A stretch of DNA of 64,000 bases from Lingula anatina (Eukaryota > Animalia > Brachiopoda): positions 45,300,788 through 45,364,787 of the forward strand of contig CM120640.1 of NCBI GenBank assembly GCA_051362555.1. Direction: 5' to 3'. Position numbers and translations under genes: made by a program. Positions 1 to 13,600 of the stretch are shown piece after piece. The notes under the pieces are model-generated. The model was not told the DNA's origin, did not search any database, and saw only the letters and a list, made by a program, of their open reading frames with translations. How positions within the stretch are numbered: the first letter of the stretch is position 1; each line of letters starts with the position of its first letter.

Positions 1-147
1 CTAAAAATCTAAAAATCTATTTGCGGTATCTCTGTGCCCTGAATACCCCACGGCGTAATTACTGGCAGTGCCGAGAATTAATTACAGCTTTACGCAAATA
101 GATTTTTAGATTTTTAGAAAATAGATTTTTCATGTGAACGCAGCCTT
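1..147. mobile_element. Right part of a palindromic MITE, cut off by the window edge
   Basis: 1-25 ctaaaaatctaaaaatctatttgcg is the exact reverse complement of 93-117. The stretch ends in gtgaacgcagcc+tta, which resembles a PIF/Harbinger-type terminus with a TTA/TAA target. Confidence 0.5.
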
Positions 148-907
148 ACTGTGAGTGTGAACTTTTTTAATGTAAGATCCCAGCATAGGTAACCCAATAA
201 TGATCAATTAAAAACTGATTATAACAGAATTGAATTATGAATAACAGAAGTACTTTGTACTGAAACTGTTCCTGCTGTATCTACCTCCATTGTCTTCATT
301 TTTTTTTTCTTAAAAAAACTTTCTTCGAACATTTGCTTATTTTTTATCTCAAACTATGAGAAACCAAAAGAGCTATAGGTATATGGCTTGATATAACCTT
401 TTCATCCTATCAGCAATTATCATTCTTTAATTATAAAGAGATGTTTGGTCTAATATATCCTGTATTCGGTACCAGTTAAAAAAAACTGAAAACATGCTAC
501 AAAGTTAATATCAAATGAAAAATGTTATACCAGTAAGCATATGAAAGTCCGCCTGAGGACTGTTGTTTTCTATTTAATTATATGCATTTTTTATATACTG
601 CAGGTCTAATTTCAAAACTTAATTGGCCTATGCAGCATGTTATCATTTTCCCGTATGGTAAATGCAGGCTTTCAAAAAGTGTTGACACCTAAAAAACAGC
701 AACAGCTGTAGAGAAAATTCTCCAGTTTATAAAACACCATCATATCCACCAACCATCCCACTTCTCTGATTAATCTACAAATAACCACAGTCGCCTAATT
801 ATTGTTTCAAGAAGATTTTATTTTGTTTTGTCTAGCTACTCCTTCAGATTTTACTCTAAGTTTTGTGTTAACATTAACATTAAAAATCACATAACGTCGC
901 GTCTTAC

Positions 908-928
908 CTCATTTGTTCTACTGGTCAT
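908..928 (-). CDS. Probable first coding exon (MTSRTNE) of an unidentified gene running off the left edge
   Basis: ATG at 928 is followed by 7 codons and a consensus donor GAG|gtaaga. Upstream is a CpG-richer leader, a second donor CAG|gtaagg at 1185 and an ETS-like ACTTCCGG at about 1293-1300. Confidence 0.4.
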
Positions 929-2806
929 GATCGATCGTGGGGGAACAACACCGGGCACATGCTTCTTTACAATAATCAACGTGAATTTACACTGAAACCC
1001 CCGGCTGCCTAGATCATTTCCAAGAATCCACTGATTCAGTTCTTGGAAAAACGTAATCCAGACCGAGGGCGAAGGTCAAACGTCACATTGCCTGCCAGTG
1101 CCGGTCTGGTAGTAGTGCTGTTCTTTTAATCGATACGTGGCGTATCAGCGTTGTATTTTGTTTTTGGTGCATTCTAGGCCTTACCTGTGGTCGAAATAGT
1201 CCTTTAAATGATTTTCTTAGCGAATACATCGTAATACTAACAGTAAATACACGTTAAAGTCGCGTTCAACTGGACTAACTCAGTTCCAGCTAGACTTCCG
1301 GTTGTGCAATACGTCATCGGATTATGTCCATGCAGTATCGTGCACTTGTTTTCGTTTGTTACTTACCTTATCTATCAATCTATCTAGCTGGAGCGGAGTA
1401 GGGAGTGAGTTGTGAGTGCATCCTCACCACGCCTTTCTTTTAAGCCAATTTCATTGGATCCCCACTCGCCTCCTGCTAATCAAGAAGGGGTTGGACAGAG
1501 ACACTTACGCCCCAAAAAACTCTTGATGTATATTTTAAACAAAAATAATGTTATAAAAAATAACCTCTGGGAGGGAGGGGGTCATCTACAATGTCTGCAT
1601 TACTTTTATTTATTTAATATAATCTCTTTGATGCTTCTTTGCTTATTTTTGTTGCAAATCGTGCATTAGTAGGCCTACTATTATGTATAAATTAATTTGA
1701 TCAATTTCACAAATTAATATACTCAGTCACTGCTTGGTATTACAGGTAGACGACTTGGGAAAGCTAATTTCAGCCCGCCCAGGCAGTTCGCTCTTGGCAT
1801 ATTGTTCCATCTTCGTATCACTAATTGCTTTTTCAAACTAACTTATAAAGAAAATTCTGCTTATGTGCGGTTTTACTAGGAAGTGAAATATATATACAGT
1901 ATAGCCACTCCTTACTTTCTCAGTACAGTCCTACAGTTCCTTGTACGTGAGCCTCGGCATCTTTTTAACCTTAAAAATTCCCGCCGCTGATGTGCCCGTA
2001 GTCATTTAATAAATAAAGCAACTTATTCTTATTGATGCCCCAGCCAATGCATGTACTGGTACATGAACCAACGGGTAACCTCAATTATGTTGAAAAGCAA
2101 CACCCAAATTAATTAAACAAATAAATAAGCTGAATGTACTAAATTCAAGATGGCCAAGGTTTTAAACTGCAGAACAATTTATAACCTTTTTTCATTCATT
2201 TGGGTATATCGTATCTGTTTTCGAAAGTGCTATTGAGAAAGGGCCTAGCCTATTGGCCTGGAAAAACGTATGGAAAACAATTAATTCCAAGCTGTTGATT
2301 AGCTAGACTCCAATTGCAACATGAATATGAATATGTTTACGCTAATATAATGCATTACCTATGACCCATAATAAATTGGGACGTAGGCTTTTATACACTG
2401 ATTGATTCCAACACAATGGATGTGACTTGGCAATTTGTCTTCTCTACAGCAATTACGTAGACCTATTGGTTTCTGGCTGTGAATGTCCTATGACCCTAAA
2501 TGGTATCTAGCATGTTTTGTAGCGATTCATGTCAAGATCATATTGGAATAACATTGATTTTGTCGCTAGAAAATAGCATTATCACCGGATGCATGAATGG
2601 ATGATTCCTATCGTTTTTTTAGAGCCCTCTTTAAACTAAATCATTGAAATAAAAATGCAAGTGATAATCAAATATAGATTTAGCAACCTTCTGAACACAT
2701 TTGATTGTAAATATTAAATCTCCTTACCTGGTGTGTTTAAACCTGGATATATGTAAGGAAGGGGCTGGGATGTATTCTGTTATCCCAGACAGGTAGTTCA
2801 TAAATA

Positions 2807-3330
2807 TAGGGGAGACCGCGGCTAGTTTGACCCCGGGATAACTTGGCCCCTCGCCAATTTAGGAAATTTAGGAAAAAGTACCTACGAGCCGTACGAGGTA
2901 AAAAAAAATTGATCACATAATCTCGTAAAATGACCATATTCATATGTCAAGAAAAGCATCGGTCGTAAAAAAGGGCTACAACTTCAGCAAAGACTCTAAA
3001 AATCAATTAAATATAATGAGATGAGTAAATATACAATCATTCCGATTACACGGATTTCTAGCTTATCATACCCGTAGTATAGAGTGGTAACTTGCCCGAC
3101 CCTAGGACCAACTTGACCCGCCAAGGGCTAAGTTGGCTCACCTGTCATCAGGTGGGTATTTGTCAAACTGTAAGCCTAAAGGCATAACATCTGCAAAAAA
3201 AATGACGTTGCATTTATAGCTAAGTCTTTGGCGCTCGTTGTAAAATCAGTTTTGCTGCTCTAACTTTTTCTTAGATGGCTCTGCAAGACCCTAAGTGTCT
3301 AACTGGGCCAACTAGCCTCGGTCTCCCCTA
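2807..3330. mobile_element. Tc1/mariner-pogo-type MITE, about 520 bp
   Basis: TIRs taggggagaccgcggctagtt (2807) and aactagcctcggtctccccta (3330), with TA at both ends and internal subterminal aacttg(g/a)ccc repeats. Confidence 0.75.
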
Positions 3331-4797
3331 CGTGTGGCACGTCAAAATATATATATAGCTATGTTCGACGATAAACTAGCGAAACGCACCAAAATTTGAG
3401 CATGCAAATAGCGTGTTTCACACTAGAGAAGTTGCCGTCAAAATAATACCTCTGAATCACGATATCTCTCAAATCTGTGTTGAACTTAAAAATCATTTTG
3501 GTGTATAATAAGAGAATAAATCAATGCGGTTACGAACAGATTACGTTGCATAAGGTTATTCATAAGTCGATTTGTTGTTAAGTCTAGCACAAATACACCA
3601 CAGTATACCAAAGCGGTATCATTCCAGAGGTACTGTATGTTACAATATGTTTTAGACATACATAATACACCGTGGTAAGCATGAATTAAAGTTTTCAAAA
3701 ATCATGGCCCTGAAGTTAGCTGCGAACTAGACCTTATCACTTTGCGCGCCAATTTCAATTTTGCACACACCCCTTCTTCTTAACACAATGTCGTTTACAT
3801 CTTTGACTCCCCTCGTACCTCGAGTGTTCGTAACTCGGGGTTTGCCTTATAAACTAATAGAATTTTACATTCAAATTCTATTCATTTTACTCTCGCTTGC
3901 TGGCAATAGTTCTAAAAAAATAATTTAAGAAAATAAATCACTCTATGCAAGTCAAATCAAACAGGTCTAGGTAATTAATTTCAATTGTTTTTCAAAGAAA
4001 TTAAAGAAACTAATGCTGATAGTCTGTTCAAATGCATGCCAATGCGACGTTTAAACTTTGGCTCATTATTGGTCGAATACCTTAACAACCCTTACAAGAG
4101 AAAATCTCGCGATACTTCAGTTGGGTGAATTATCAGGTTTAAGTTTATTATAGCACAATGTCGATTGTTTGCACACCTACTTTAATTCTGCTTTATTACC
4201 TGTGTTCCGCTTTGGTTAAGCTGACCTCGCAAGAGAAAGGAGGGTTTAATCTAACGTTGCTTTACGACCGATCGGTTTAATGATTTTTACGCCAGACAAT
4301 ATCGCCCATGGTGAATGTTCAATGCGGTCAATTCTTTACTGTTAATTGGTTTGCGCTAATTAAGGCAAGAGGCGTCGAAAATATGATCAAAGACACAGCC
4401 AGATGATTATCGAAGGTTATTGAAGGGTCTTTGAACCAGTCATCGACGGTTCTATCGATCTGTAATGGCTCGGAGAGAGGAGCTAGCAACATCAACTATT
4501 GATCGTAAACAGTGATGCCACTATAGTAATATTTAGTTACCCTTAGAAGGATATATACGGAACCTCTTCACGCAGAACGGAAAGTGAGACTGGTTTTTTA
4601 TTTTGTACGTGTATCTAACGATTATTTCTGAAAACATCATGTTTGATCATCAAACTTTAGAGAAGATTTACGACATTGCTGACTATTTGCTTTGTGGTGA
4701 TCAGTCTATCAAAGCATCACGGATTCATATCTAGTATGGGTAAAGATATCACGTGTGTGTGTACTGCAATATTTCAATTTAACTGACTGCGTCGGTA

Positions 4798-5997
4798 ATG
4801 GCTGGACTTATGGCTAAGCCGCCATCACAGCCATTTCTGGACAGTGTGTCGACTCTGGAACGACCAGACTCCAGAAAGAAGGCGCTTACTTCTTTTACGA
4901 TTCCCAGAGATCATAATTTGAACTATTCACTGAGGAAGCATGTTGGAACGAACAATGTTTGGTCATCAGTGCCAGGAGGGGCTTGGTTACCCCAAAATCC
5001 TGCCCCTGAGTCGCCTAGTAAGGACGTTAATGTTCTGAACCCAAATTGGCGACTTAAACAAATGACAAAAGGCAACTTTTTGCCTACGCTAGAAATACCA
5101 AAACCACAAGCATTCGGTATTACACCGAAAGTCCGCCCCGGGCGGCCGTTAGGGACCAGACGGCCCACAGGCTCAGCGCGAATTCAGTCATCACGAGAGG
5201 GATTTTATTCGGCAGAATATGGCGGGGCCAACTTTCTGAACACTGTTTTGAAGCCGGGCACAGCTCCCGCTTCTTACAACTCATCTGCTCAGGGTCTTGT
5301 AGCCCCTAACCATGCTCAGAGTTACCAGCTTGGATATGTCCACGGTATGACAGCACAAAGCGCTAGTTTGCACGACAGGCGACACAGTCAGCCTGCACAA
5401 AGTGGTTCTCAGCAGTTGCCTGACCTGCAAAACCCCGTTAGCCTACCGCCCTCCCTGGAAGGCTATCGGGAGCACCGCGCTAGTCCAACGACTCATAATA
5501 CGAATCAAGGCAGTAGCCAGTCGCAAAACCATGACCCAAGTTCAGCACACTCTAGTCACCAAGAAGACCATAGTGATCCTGTAAAACCTATTCTGAAAGC
5601 CAAAATAAACCGGGGAAGTTTACATGCCCCTTTGAGTGGAAACAACAACCAAAAACAGGACATCGCTACTTCCAATCAAAAGGGAACTAAAGAGAAACCA
5701 TCGGGCACAAGACGAATCTCACCTCGATCTAGAATGGCACAAAAAATTGCTCGGGCCAATTTGACACTCAGCGACTATTCAACCATTAAGATTGACGTTT
5801 GTGATAGTGACACTAAATCCGATCCCGGTACTGTCGAAGAGAAGAAACCAGATTCGGAGGAAGGCTCTGTAAAGTCGGAAAACGACGTCGTGAAGGAGGG
5901 CGAGGAGCAACCGGTTCGCGTGAAACGCTCAGTCCGGTTCAACATGGGACATAAAATACACGAATTTGTGCCATGGGATCCAATCAGTTCTGTTTGA
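4798..5997 (+). CDS. Intronless 399-aa Ser/Pro/Gln-rich disordered protein with a C-terminal RVxF (KRSVRF) motif; candidate PP1-interacting protein
   Basis: A 1200-nt uninterrupted ORF that is clearly more GC-rich than its flanks, with ATG context gtaATGG. No globular domain was recognised. Motifs: KPILK (5584-5598) and KRSVRF..IHEF (5923-5967). Confidence 0.75.
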   Translation: MAGLMAKPPSQPFLDSVSTLERPDSRKKALTSFTIPRDHNLNYSLRKHVGTNNVWSSVPGGAWLPQNPAPESPSKDVNVLNPNWRLKQMTKGNFLPTLEIPKPQAFGITPKVRPGRPLGTRRPTGSARIQSSREGFYSAEYGGANFLNTVLKPGTAPASYNSSAQGLVAPNHAQSYQLGYVHGMTAQSASLHDRRHSQPAQSGSQQLPDLQNPVSLPPSLEGYREHRASPTTHNTNQGSSQSQNHDPSSAHSSHQEDHSDPVKPILKAKINRGSLHAPLSGNNNQKQDIATSNQKGTKEKPSGTRRISPRSRMAQKIARANLTLSDYSTIKIDVCDSDTKSDPGTVEEKKPDSEEGSVKSENDVVKEGEEQPVRVKRSVRFNMGHKIHEFVPWDPISSV

Positions 5998-8900
5998 ATA
6001 GGTGGAGCTGAACTTTTTAAACAATCGCGTGAGACGCATGTACCCTAAAGCATCACAGTAGCTTAATCATCTTTTAATGTTTGTTTTAGGCTTAAATGAC
6101 TGAAAATGTAGTGGGAGCCAGACGGCTTTGTCAAAAAAATACGAAAATACAAACAAATTTAGTGAAGCGTGTGATTTGTATGCTTTTTAATATACTTTAA
6201 AATTGGATGAACTTAAGTTAATATCAAAAAAGCTGTTACAGTTACGAATCAGGAGAGAAAAAAGTGCCAACTCTATTTAAATTCTAACACATTTGGGAAA
6301 TATATGGATGATTTCTGTTCTAAGGATCGTACCGCTTACTGTTTTCACCACCGGCGGTCACAAAACCTTCAAAACTCAGACGTAAAAAAGTAGCATAATT
6401 TATTCGTTGGTGCTTTTTGATATTGTCTCACATCGCACAATATAATTTTACATAGTCGCACATAACTGACGCCAAAAACAGAGCAGAATGAGCTATTTTT
6501 CTTAGGCATGGTGCTTGACAAGTTACAGTTGAGTGCTGAAGGGTATGGTGAATTTTTCGAGTGACCCGATCAACAATTCTTCGAAATGCAAATTATTCTT
6601 CAAAGTGCATTCAACTAGAATCTTTCAACGACCAAATAATAAACCCTTTAACTGTATTTCAAGTGGATTTGTTTGAAAGGAAATAAAAACATAGTAAGCA
6701 GCAGTCCATCATATAGACCTGGCAACAGTAACAACGGCACGCTGACTGGTACGTAGAGATACGTTGACTATTTTCTAGATGCCATATAGTAGTTTTGCCG
6801 TGAACGACCTTGCTCAATCTCTTTATAAGACGGGTTAATGGGAGTATTTTATGGCTCCAATACCAACATAGTGGTAATTTGTCATGCAGCCGATTAATTG
6901 ACCCTGTACAATTTGAAATCTTTATGAAATAAATGCAAACTTACTAAAGCAACAAGGTGTTTGCACATTTGTTTCCTGCAGGTTGGGGTGTGAGCTGGGA
7001 CGTTTGCTTAATCTAAGTTTAGTTGACATTATAGATCAGCTTTCAAATATAACTTTGACTCAGAAAGTGAAGCACTATGGCTAAGTATAAGCAAACACTT
7101 ACAGCTAAATCTCCGCGGAGAATGTCACTTTTATTTAATTTATACTATATCTAATGTGTAAATAGTCTGTCACTTTAAACAACCTATGTGACCGGTTTTA
7201 GTAGACACGCGTTGTTCCGTAGCCTTAACACGGCAATCTGTGAAAATAATAAAGGGATTATCCACCTTGGTGAACTATCTATTCTATGCTTATTTATGGT
7301 CTCGTTTTACCCTCGTGTTTCCGTACATCTTTGTTGTCTTTAAAGTCCAAATATAACAAAAAGACCAAGTTCCATATTTTAACAATTAATTTGCAATCCT
7401 AGACAGTTCTATTCAGATTTATGCTTGTCAGAAAATCCCTTTATCAATATATAAAATATATTTTCTTAATATAAAAAATTTAAGAACAAAGAGAGGTTAT
7501 CAAGTCATTTATAACTCAAGACGTAGGGTGGAGCAACTAGTATGCTTAGCTGTTTCAAATTTAAAAAGGATTTGAGTCTCATTCAGTAGGGGATTGAAGG
7601 TTTAACTGCGTCTCTCATATGTGCTGGTAAATTTGACTCACTTATTATCTTCTTTTAATCTTTGCCTGGTGAAAACTTAAAATGATGAAGCTCCAGGGGG
7701 CATATGTGCCTAGCAAGCTTCACATAAAACTTGCCAACGTAATCTTATACCCTATTTTAGAATAAAATGTACAGCTTATCTTTTAATTTTTTATTGGTAT
7801 ACAACTTAATTGCATTGTCACTTCTAAGTGCATGCTCGTAACCTCCAGCACGGTGCTTTAGGCCTACATCTGAATTAGGCCTATTTCCATGACATTTGAA
7901 TAAGGATAAATGGTTGACTCAAATAAGTTTCTGACTATGCTGGTTATTGCTCACTTATAGGCAAGTTCTTAGGAATGTCTGTCTAAACATTCCTTTTTTT
8001 TCCTTTTAGATAGTTAATGCTTATGTTTAAAGGTTAAACACATCCCTTATCACATTAAATAATAGAATCTTCCCCAATTTGAAAAAATGCACTTGTTGGT
8101 GGTAGTTGGTATATACCACAGAATTGTTGTTGATCTTATACTTTTTCTGCGCTTTCTTTAAAGAAATTTTTGACTAAACTGTCAATAAAATTTGATTATC
8201 AGGATGACCTAATTTGGACTTTTATTATTTGATTTATACCTGTGGGAGTCGGCAATGTTACGCCAATATTGAATAAGCACTTCTTACGTGTACCAGAACA
8301 ATGGACTAAATTATTTATGGTTTAATCAATAATCCGTCAATTCAGTGATAATGGATAGAGAAAACCAATGGCATTATTCCTATACTGCATTAAGTATGCC
8401 TAATTAAGAATTGGTACCTTACAACAAAAGGGGGTCAATCGGGCGAAAATGAAGTGAAAAACTAACGGTAGTACAAGTAAGGCAGGTAATAGTTGAAACC
8501 CAGGTGACAATAATCACTTTCTTGCATGTTCCAAACTGTCATTGCCAAATAGGCTCTCCATTCACTGTGATGATCTGTGCAACACGTGGAATGCTCAACG
8601 AAGCATGCACGTGCAATGTCTGAGCGCATTCTCATCCCACAACTTCGTCCTAAATTGATTAAATCACAAAAATATAGAGACAAGAAATAGTATAAAGCAT
8701 TAATTAATGAATTAGAACAGCCCATGTGTTTTTTTTTCTACTCCCTGACCACAGGGTCCACTAGTAGTCTGTTACAGAATTTTTGTATATTCTTATCATT
8801 TGATATCTGATAAGTTATAACGATCTTTGCTTAGTTGACATGGGAAAATTACAGTGCTCAGCACTCTTCTTCTTTCTATTTCATAACAATCAACAGCTAA

Positions 8901-9559
8901 AGTGTGTACTCTTCATAGAAATCAATAACATAAATATGTCATTTCTGTTTAATTAATCAATAATTATAATCAATAATCAAATGAATTAATTTTTATTTGA
9001 TTTAAGAATTGTTGCATTATTTCATATTAGAAAAAATTTCTAACGTTAAAGAAGCAATGCTGGCGCTTAAAAATGTCCCAAATTCATATTTTCTGTCCAC
9101 ATATCCTGCAGAGCCACTTATCTCTCACAATTCAGACCTCAAAAACGAATAGAAAAACTCCTTTAATAAAAGCGTTTGATGTGGATATTTCCTTCCGAAA
9201 TGTACGTGGCAGTCTAAATGTGTTGTCAGATTATTAGAACAGAATTATCTTATTCTCGAGTAAATTCGACTTGGCGCGAAAATCCCGAAAAAGATATCAT
9301 TAAAGAGTAGTTAACTGCAACGCGCAGCTCATCTCAGAAGTGAGTTCCCAGTGTGGTCTCAAACTCAGGGGAACAGTACCCGCCCGTACCCTCTACAAGG
9401 GTCACAAAATGATTTTCACTAGATATTTCACACATACGTCTCTGGCTTAGGCAAATTACTTGTTTAAACATGGAACTCAGTCCAGTGAAGGATTTCAGAA
9501 GCTGTAAAACTGAAGCATCCTGACGCAATCGAGGCGGGTAGATGAATGATTTTTACAAC

Positions 9560-10052
9560 CTTTTGCTACGGCTGGCCTATTCGTCAATTACTACAGGTTT
9601 ATTGTTGTTTTATTTATTTAATTAAGAGTGAAGAGTTTACAAATTATTTGTTTTCGTTTGAATAGATGAATTAGAACATAAATATATTTGTATACGGTTC
9701 ACGGTTGATTAAAATATTGTGGCTAGGAGGGTAGATGAGTGGTTTTTACAGGTGTGGTGTGAGTTACTGTTCATTTATACAGACGAAGTATTCTTATGTA
9801 CGTTGAATGTTCTTATTCGTTCAGCCTAGAGTCGCCGTATAGCAAATGTTTACAGTGTATATTGACCAATTAATTTTTGTATGCCTTATTTTAGTTTTAT
9901 GTTTACAATAAAAGTCACTGGGCTCTCGCACATTTTTGCTACGGATGGCTTATGTGTCAATTACTACAGGTTTACAAGTTGTTTTATTTGATTAATTAAG
10001 AGTGAAGAGTTTACAAATTATTTAAGTTCGTTTGAATAGATGAATTAGAACA
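9560..10052 (+). repeat. Diverged direct repeat of about 120 bp (9560-9678 vs 9934-10051)
   Basis: ttttgctacgg...gtcaattactacaggttta...ttaattaagagtgaagagtttacaaattattt...ttcgtttgaatagatgaattagaaca occurs twice. Confidence 0.8.
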
Positions 10053-10058
10053 AAACTA

Positions 10059-10219
10059 TGGTCATGGCTACAGTCTACCAGGGCCGCAGTCATTATTGTG
10101 GACATTTTTTGCTGATACTGACATCAGACCAAAATGACTGTCTATATATCTAGACACCTATCTGTGTGAATATCTGTGAAAAATCTATCTGTCGCCCTGG
10201 TAGAGGGTAGGTCATGGCC
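10059..10219. mobile_element. Small degenerate MITE
   Basis: Left end ggtcatggctacagtctaccagggc matches the reverse complement of right end gccctggtagagggtaggtcatggcc. Confidence 0.55.
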
Positions 10220-10646
10220 GTGTTTTAAAGAAATTGTTACAGTTACTGAGCAGACTGAGCTTAGTCCACCATCAAAAGTAGATGTACAGTTGTAGTAGTG
10301 TCATATTTGAAGTGTATTTTTTACAATGACAGCATATTAGACCATAAACAGCCCTGATACCTGGTGATCTGAAAAGAAAAAGGTAACTTAGTCACGCAAC
10401 CATGTCAACGAAGAAAAGGTTGTAGGAAAACTGAGAGAAGCCTTGTGCATACAATCGGGAATTTCCATCTCCTAAAAATAAACAAAAAGACCCATACGCC
10501 ATTGCGAGACTATAAATAGACACCCCCCAGCAGTGCATACATAAAATTTTGCGTCGGCATATTTCCATTTGCAATCACTGCGTAGTCAGTGTTACCGAGA
10601 AAATTCAGGCATCTCATGCAAACCCCAGTTCAACTCAGCAGTCAAA

Positions 10647-13600
10647 ATGAACGCTGGGGGATATGATGAGGAGCTGATAGAGTTTATAAACCTCAGCACT
10701 ACGGAGAAGGATGTACTAACCTGCAATGTGTGGTAGGACTGTACAATAGACTGTTTATAAGTTCTTATTTAAAAGTATGACCTAATGTATTTTTATGTAC
10801 CAGTACCTGTTTTGGATTTTTAAAAAATCCGAGGTCGCACATTATACTGTGTAGAAGAGTTTTGAATGCACTTGAATAAAGTGCCAAAAACGCCCCTTTA
10901 AAAGCATATCAGTTATTTCTATAAAATAAGGAACCCAGTATAGCCATAGGCCTACTAAGACTGCTGATTAATATGGTTAGAGACAACTCAATAGTTAATC
11001 CTCTCCAGACAAGGATACCATGTGCAGCGCTTCCAAACACTTATAAAGTCTTGCTAGATAGTGTTTTGCGTTGCCGTTTCGATGAAAAGATGTTTTACTT
11101 TCATTTTCGACCTTCGTTCACGTGACTAACAAATATGGAATGCAGATCTGAAGCGAAGGTCTTTATAATTGGGTCATGCAATCTAGACTGCATTGTATAA
11201 AAAGACCCAATAAAAAGACCTAAAGCATGTAAATAATTCGTAGCGCAAAACAGATTTATTCGTTACCCTCCGATTTAGATTTTACCCAGTGCATTCTAAA
11301 CTCTCTGAGGATGAGCATTCCTTCATGTTAATGTTTTTAATGAACATTTTATATTCCCTCGTACTTTGTATCTTAATGGTTGTCATATTTTCGATTCAGC
11401 TGGAATGTTGTTCGGAAAGCAGTTCGATGTGGAGAATGTGAGAAATATTTCTGTGGCGGTTGCATCCATAACTGGAACAAGGAGGGACGGAACAGTTGCC
11501 CAACTTGCCGAAAATCTATGACCAGGAACTTCGGACCTGACCTTGAAGTAGACGCTAGGCTAGAGAGAGAGGGTGTTAGGTGTAAGAAGTGCCCTTGGAA
11601 GGGGCTGCTGGTCCAGTGGGGCGATCATCGGTGCTGTGAAGGACACAGGCCTCAATCTAGCAGGTGAGTGAAGAAAAAAATAGAAATAAAATATTCATAT
11701 TATTATTAAAGTAGGCCTACTAGTTATTTATTTTATTAAAGGAAATATAAATATTAGCTTGCTTAGTAGGACATGTTGGTTTTACAATAGATGCACGCAC
11801 ACACACACACACAGAGAGAAGATATGCACTGAAGATGGTAAAATAATGATAGAAATAAAGTATAAATAACTGGAATTATAAATGATTTACTTTTCTCAAG
11901 AGAACAATTCACAGTATACCTATATAAAGATTTAACACATGCATTCATACATGAAATGGCCATCTCTGTCTCCCTCCTATCACACACACACGCGAGCGCA
12001 CACGCTGCTGACACGCACACACATCCCCCCCCCCCCACACACACACAGTGTGAAAATCATCCACCATATGGTTTTACTGTCTAAGAACTGCCTTTTACAT
12101 TATCTTAACACGCTTGATGATTGATGTATATATCACCTGATGCATATTGTTTTAGTAATAACGTAGACGTGGTTGGAGAACTGTACGGAACGCTTTCCTC
12201 CGGGGACCAAGTGCTGAGTGAAGAAGAAGAAGAAATGATGAACATTCTCCTAACAGCTGGCATCGTGACTGGAGAGTACGTTGAGAAGAAACAAGAAATT
12301 CACCTTCGTTTATAATATGATTTACTATTTGATAATGCGAACTTATTTTAATAAATATCAGTTCATAAACACGTCCATCTATGCGCATGTAAAGTATTAT
12401 CGCCAAATTTATCTTCTTGTGTGCCTTTGTAAATCACTCTCTCTGAACTATGCGCACCTGCATTTACCATTCAGTTTATGCACAAAAATATAAATAGGGA
12501 TAAAATACTCAGCTGTTGATTAAGTGAAGGAATGAAAAGAAAACACTCAATGTAGAAGAAGAAAAATACTAAACTAGTGACCTAATGACGATAAGGAAAA
12601 TGAACTCCCCTCCCTTCCCCCACATTACCATACCTCGGTTGCCATCTTGAACAGTTTTTTTCTATCTGACCCGCAACCAGTGTGTGTATGGTTAAGTTTA
12701 CTACGCTTGATTAAGGCTTTTAAGGTGATATTCATTTACTCATCAACTTTTACAGTGATCTTCATTCTCCGAATGGTCAGCGTCGACCTGTGCCTGAGTT
12801 GCGGGAAATTCTTCAGGCCGCAATGAGGCGCCGTTACAGACATCTTCCGCCCCTCCTACACCGTCCGGGATTACGACGTTTAATACTGCTTTCCACCAGA
12901 CCACACAATCGGAGGTCGTTACGTAAAATATTATTATCCGTCTTTGCCAAAGTTAAATAAAGTCATTTTTACTTTAATGCTTTTCAAACCATTCGGCATC
13001 GTGAAAATAAACTGGTTTAGATGTCCCTCACTAATTATAACAGTAGAAAAAAGTAGGTTTGCTGCCAGCACCAATGATGAAAATTGGTGCAAAAAATCAC
13101 CATCATTTTTTTTAATTGCCTAGACTTAATTTTGATATATTCTCTTAAAGAGTCCCTTTCCCGGAACAAGGTCCCTCAAATGGAGAGGCACATGGTGATT
13201 CCTTGACAACGGAAGAATCCGAGATTCTTGATGCTCTTCTTACGTCCGGAGTACTTACGTCCGAGTAAGGTTCCATAGTTGAGAAAGATGGTGGCATTTT
13301 GTTGATTTGTTTTTATGATAAAAATATCGGAAAGCCAGACAATATCTTCATCATAATTTCATAATCCTTCCAAGCTTTCATTCCGAATAAATCAACATAC
13401 TGATGGTCACTTAAAGATAAAACAAAACAACAAATTGGGGACATTTTAGTTGTCTACTAGAAATAAAATGTTGAGAGTGATTTTGGGTTAATGTAGTATA
13501 CGTACATACCTTACTGATCGAAATTGCTTCATTCAGGGACCTTGCCGTAGCTGAGAGTCAGAACATATCTAGGAAGCAGTTGCTTAGAAGGTTTATCAAG

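Noticed and set aside
11763-12124. ORFs over (CA)n microsatellites and the many other 60-120 aa intronic or antisense ORFs in the track
   Set aside because: They are low-complexity or antisense to real exons, often start at TTG/GTG, and show no recognisable domains.
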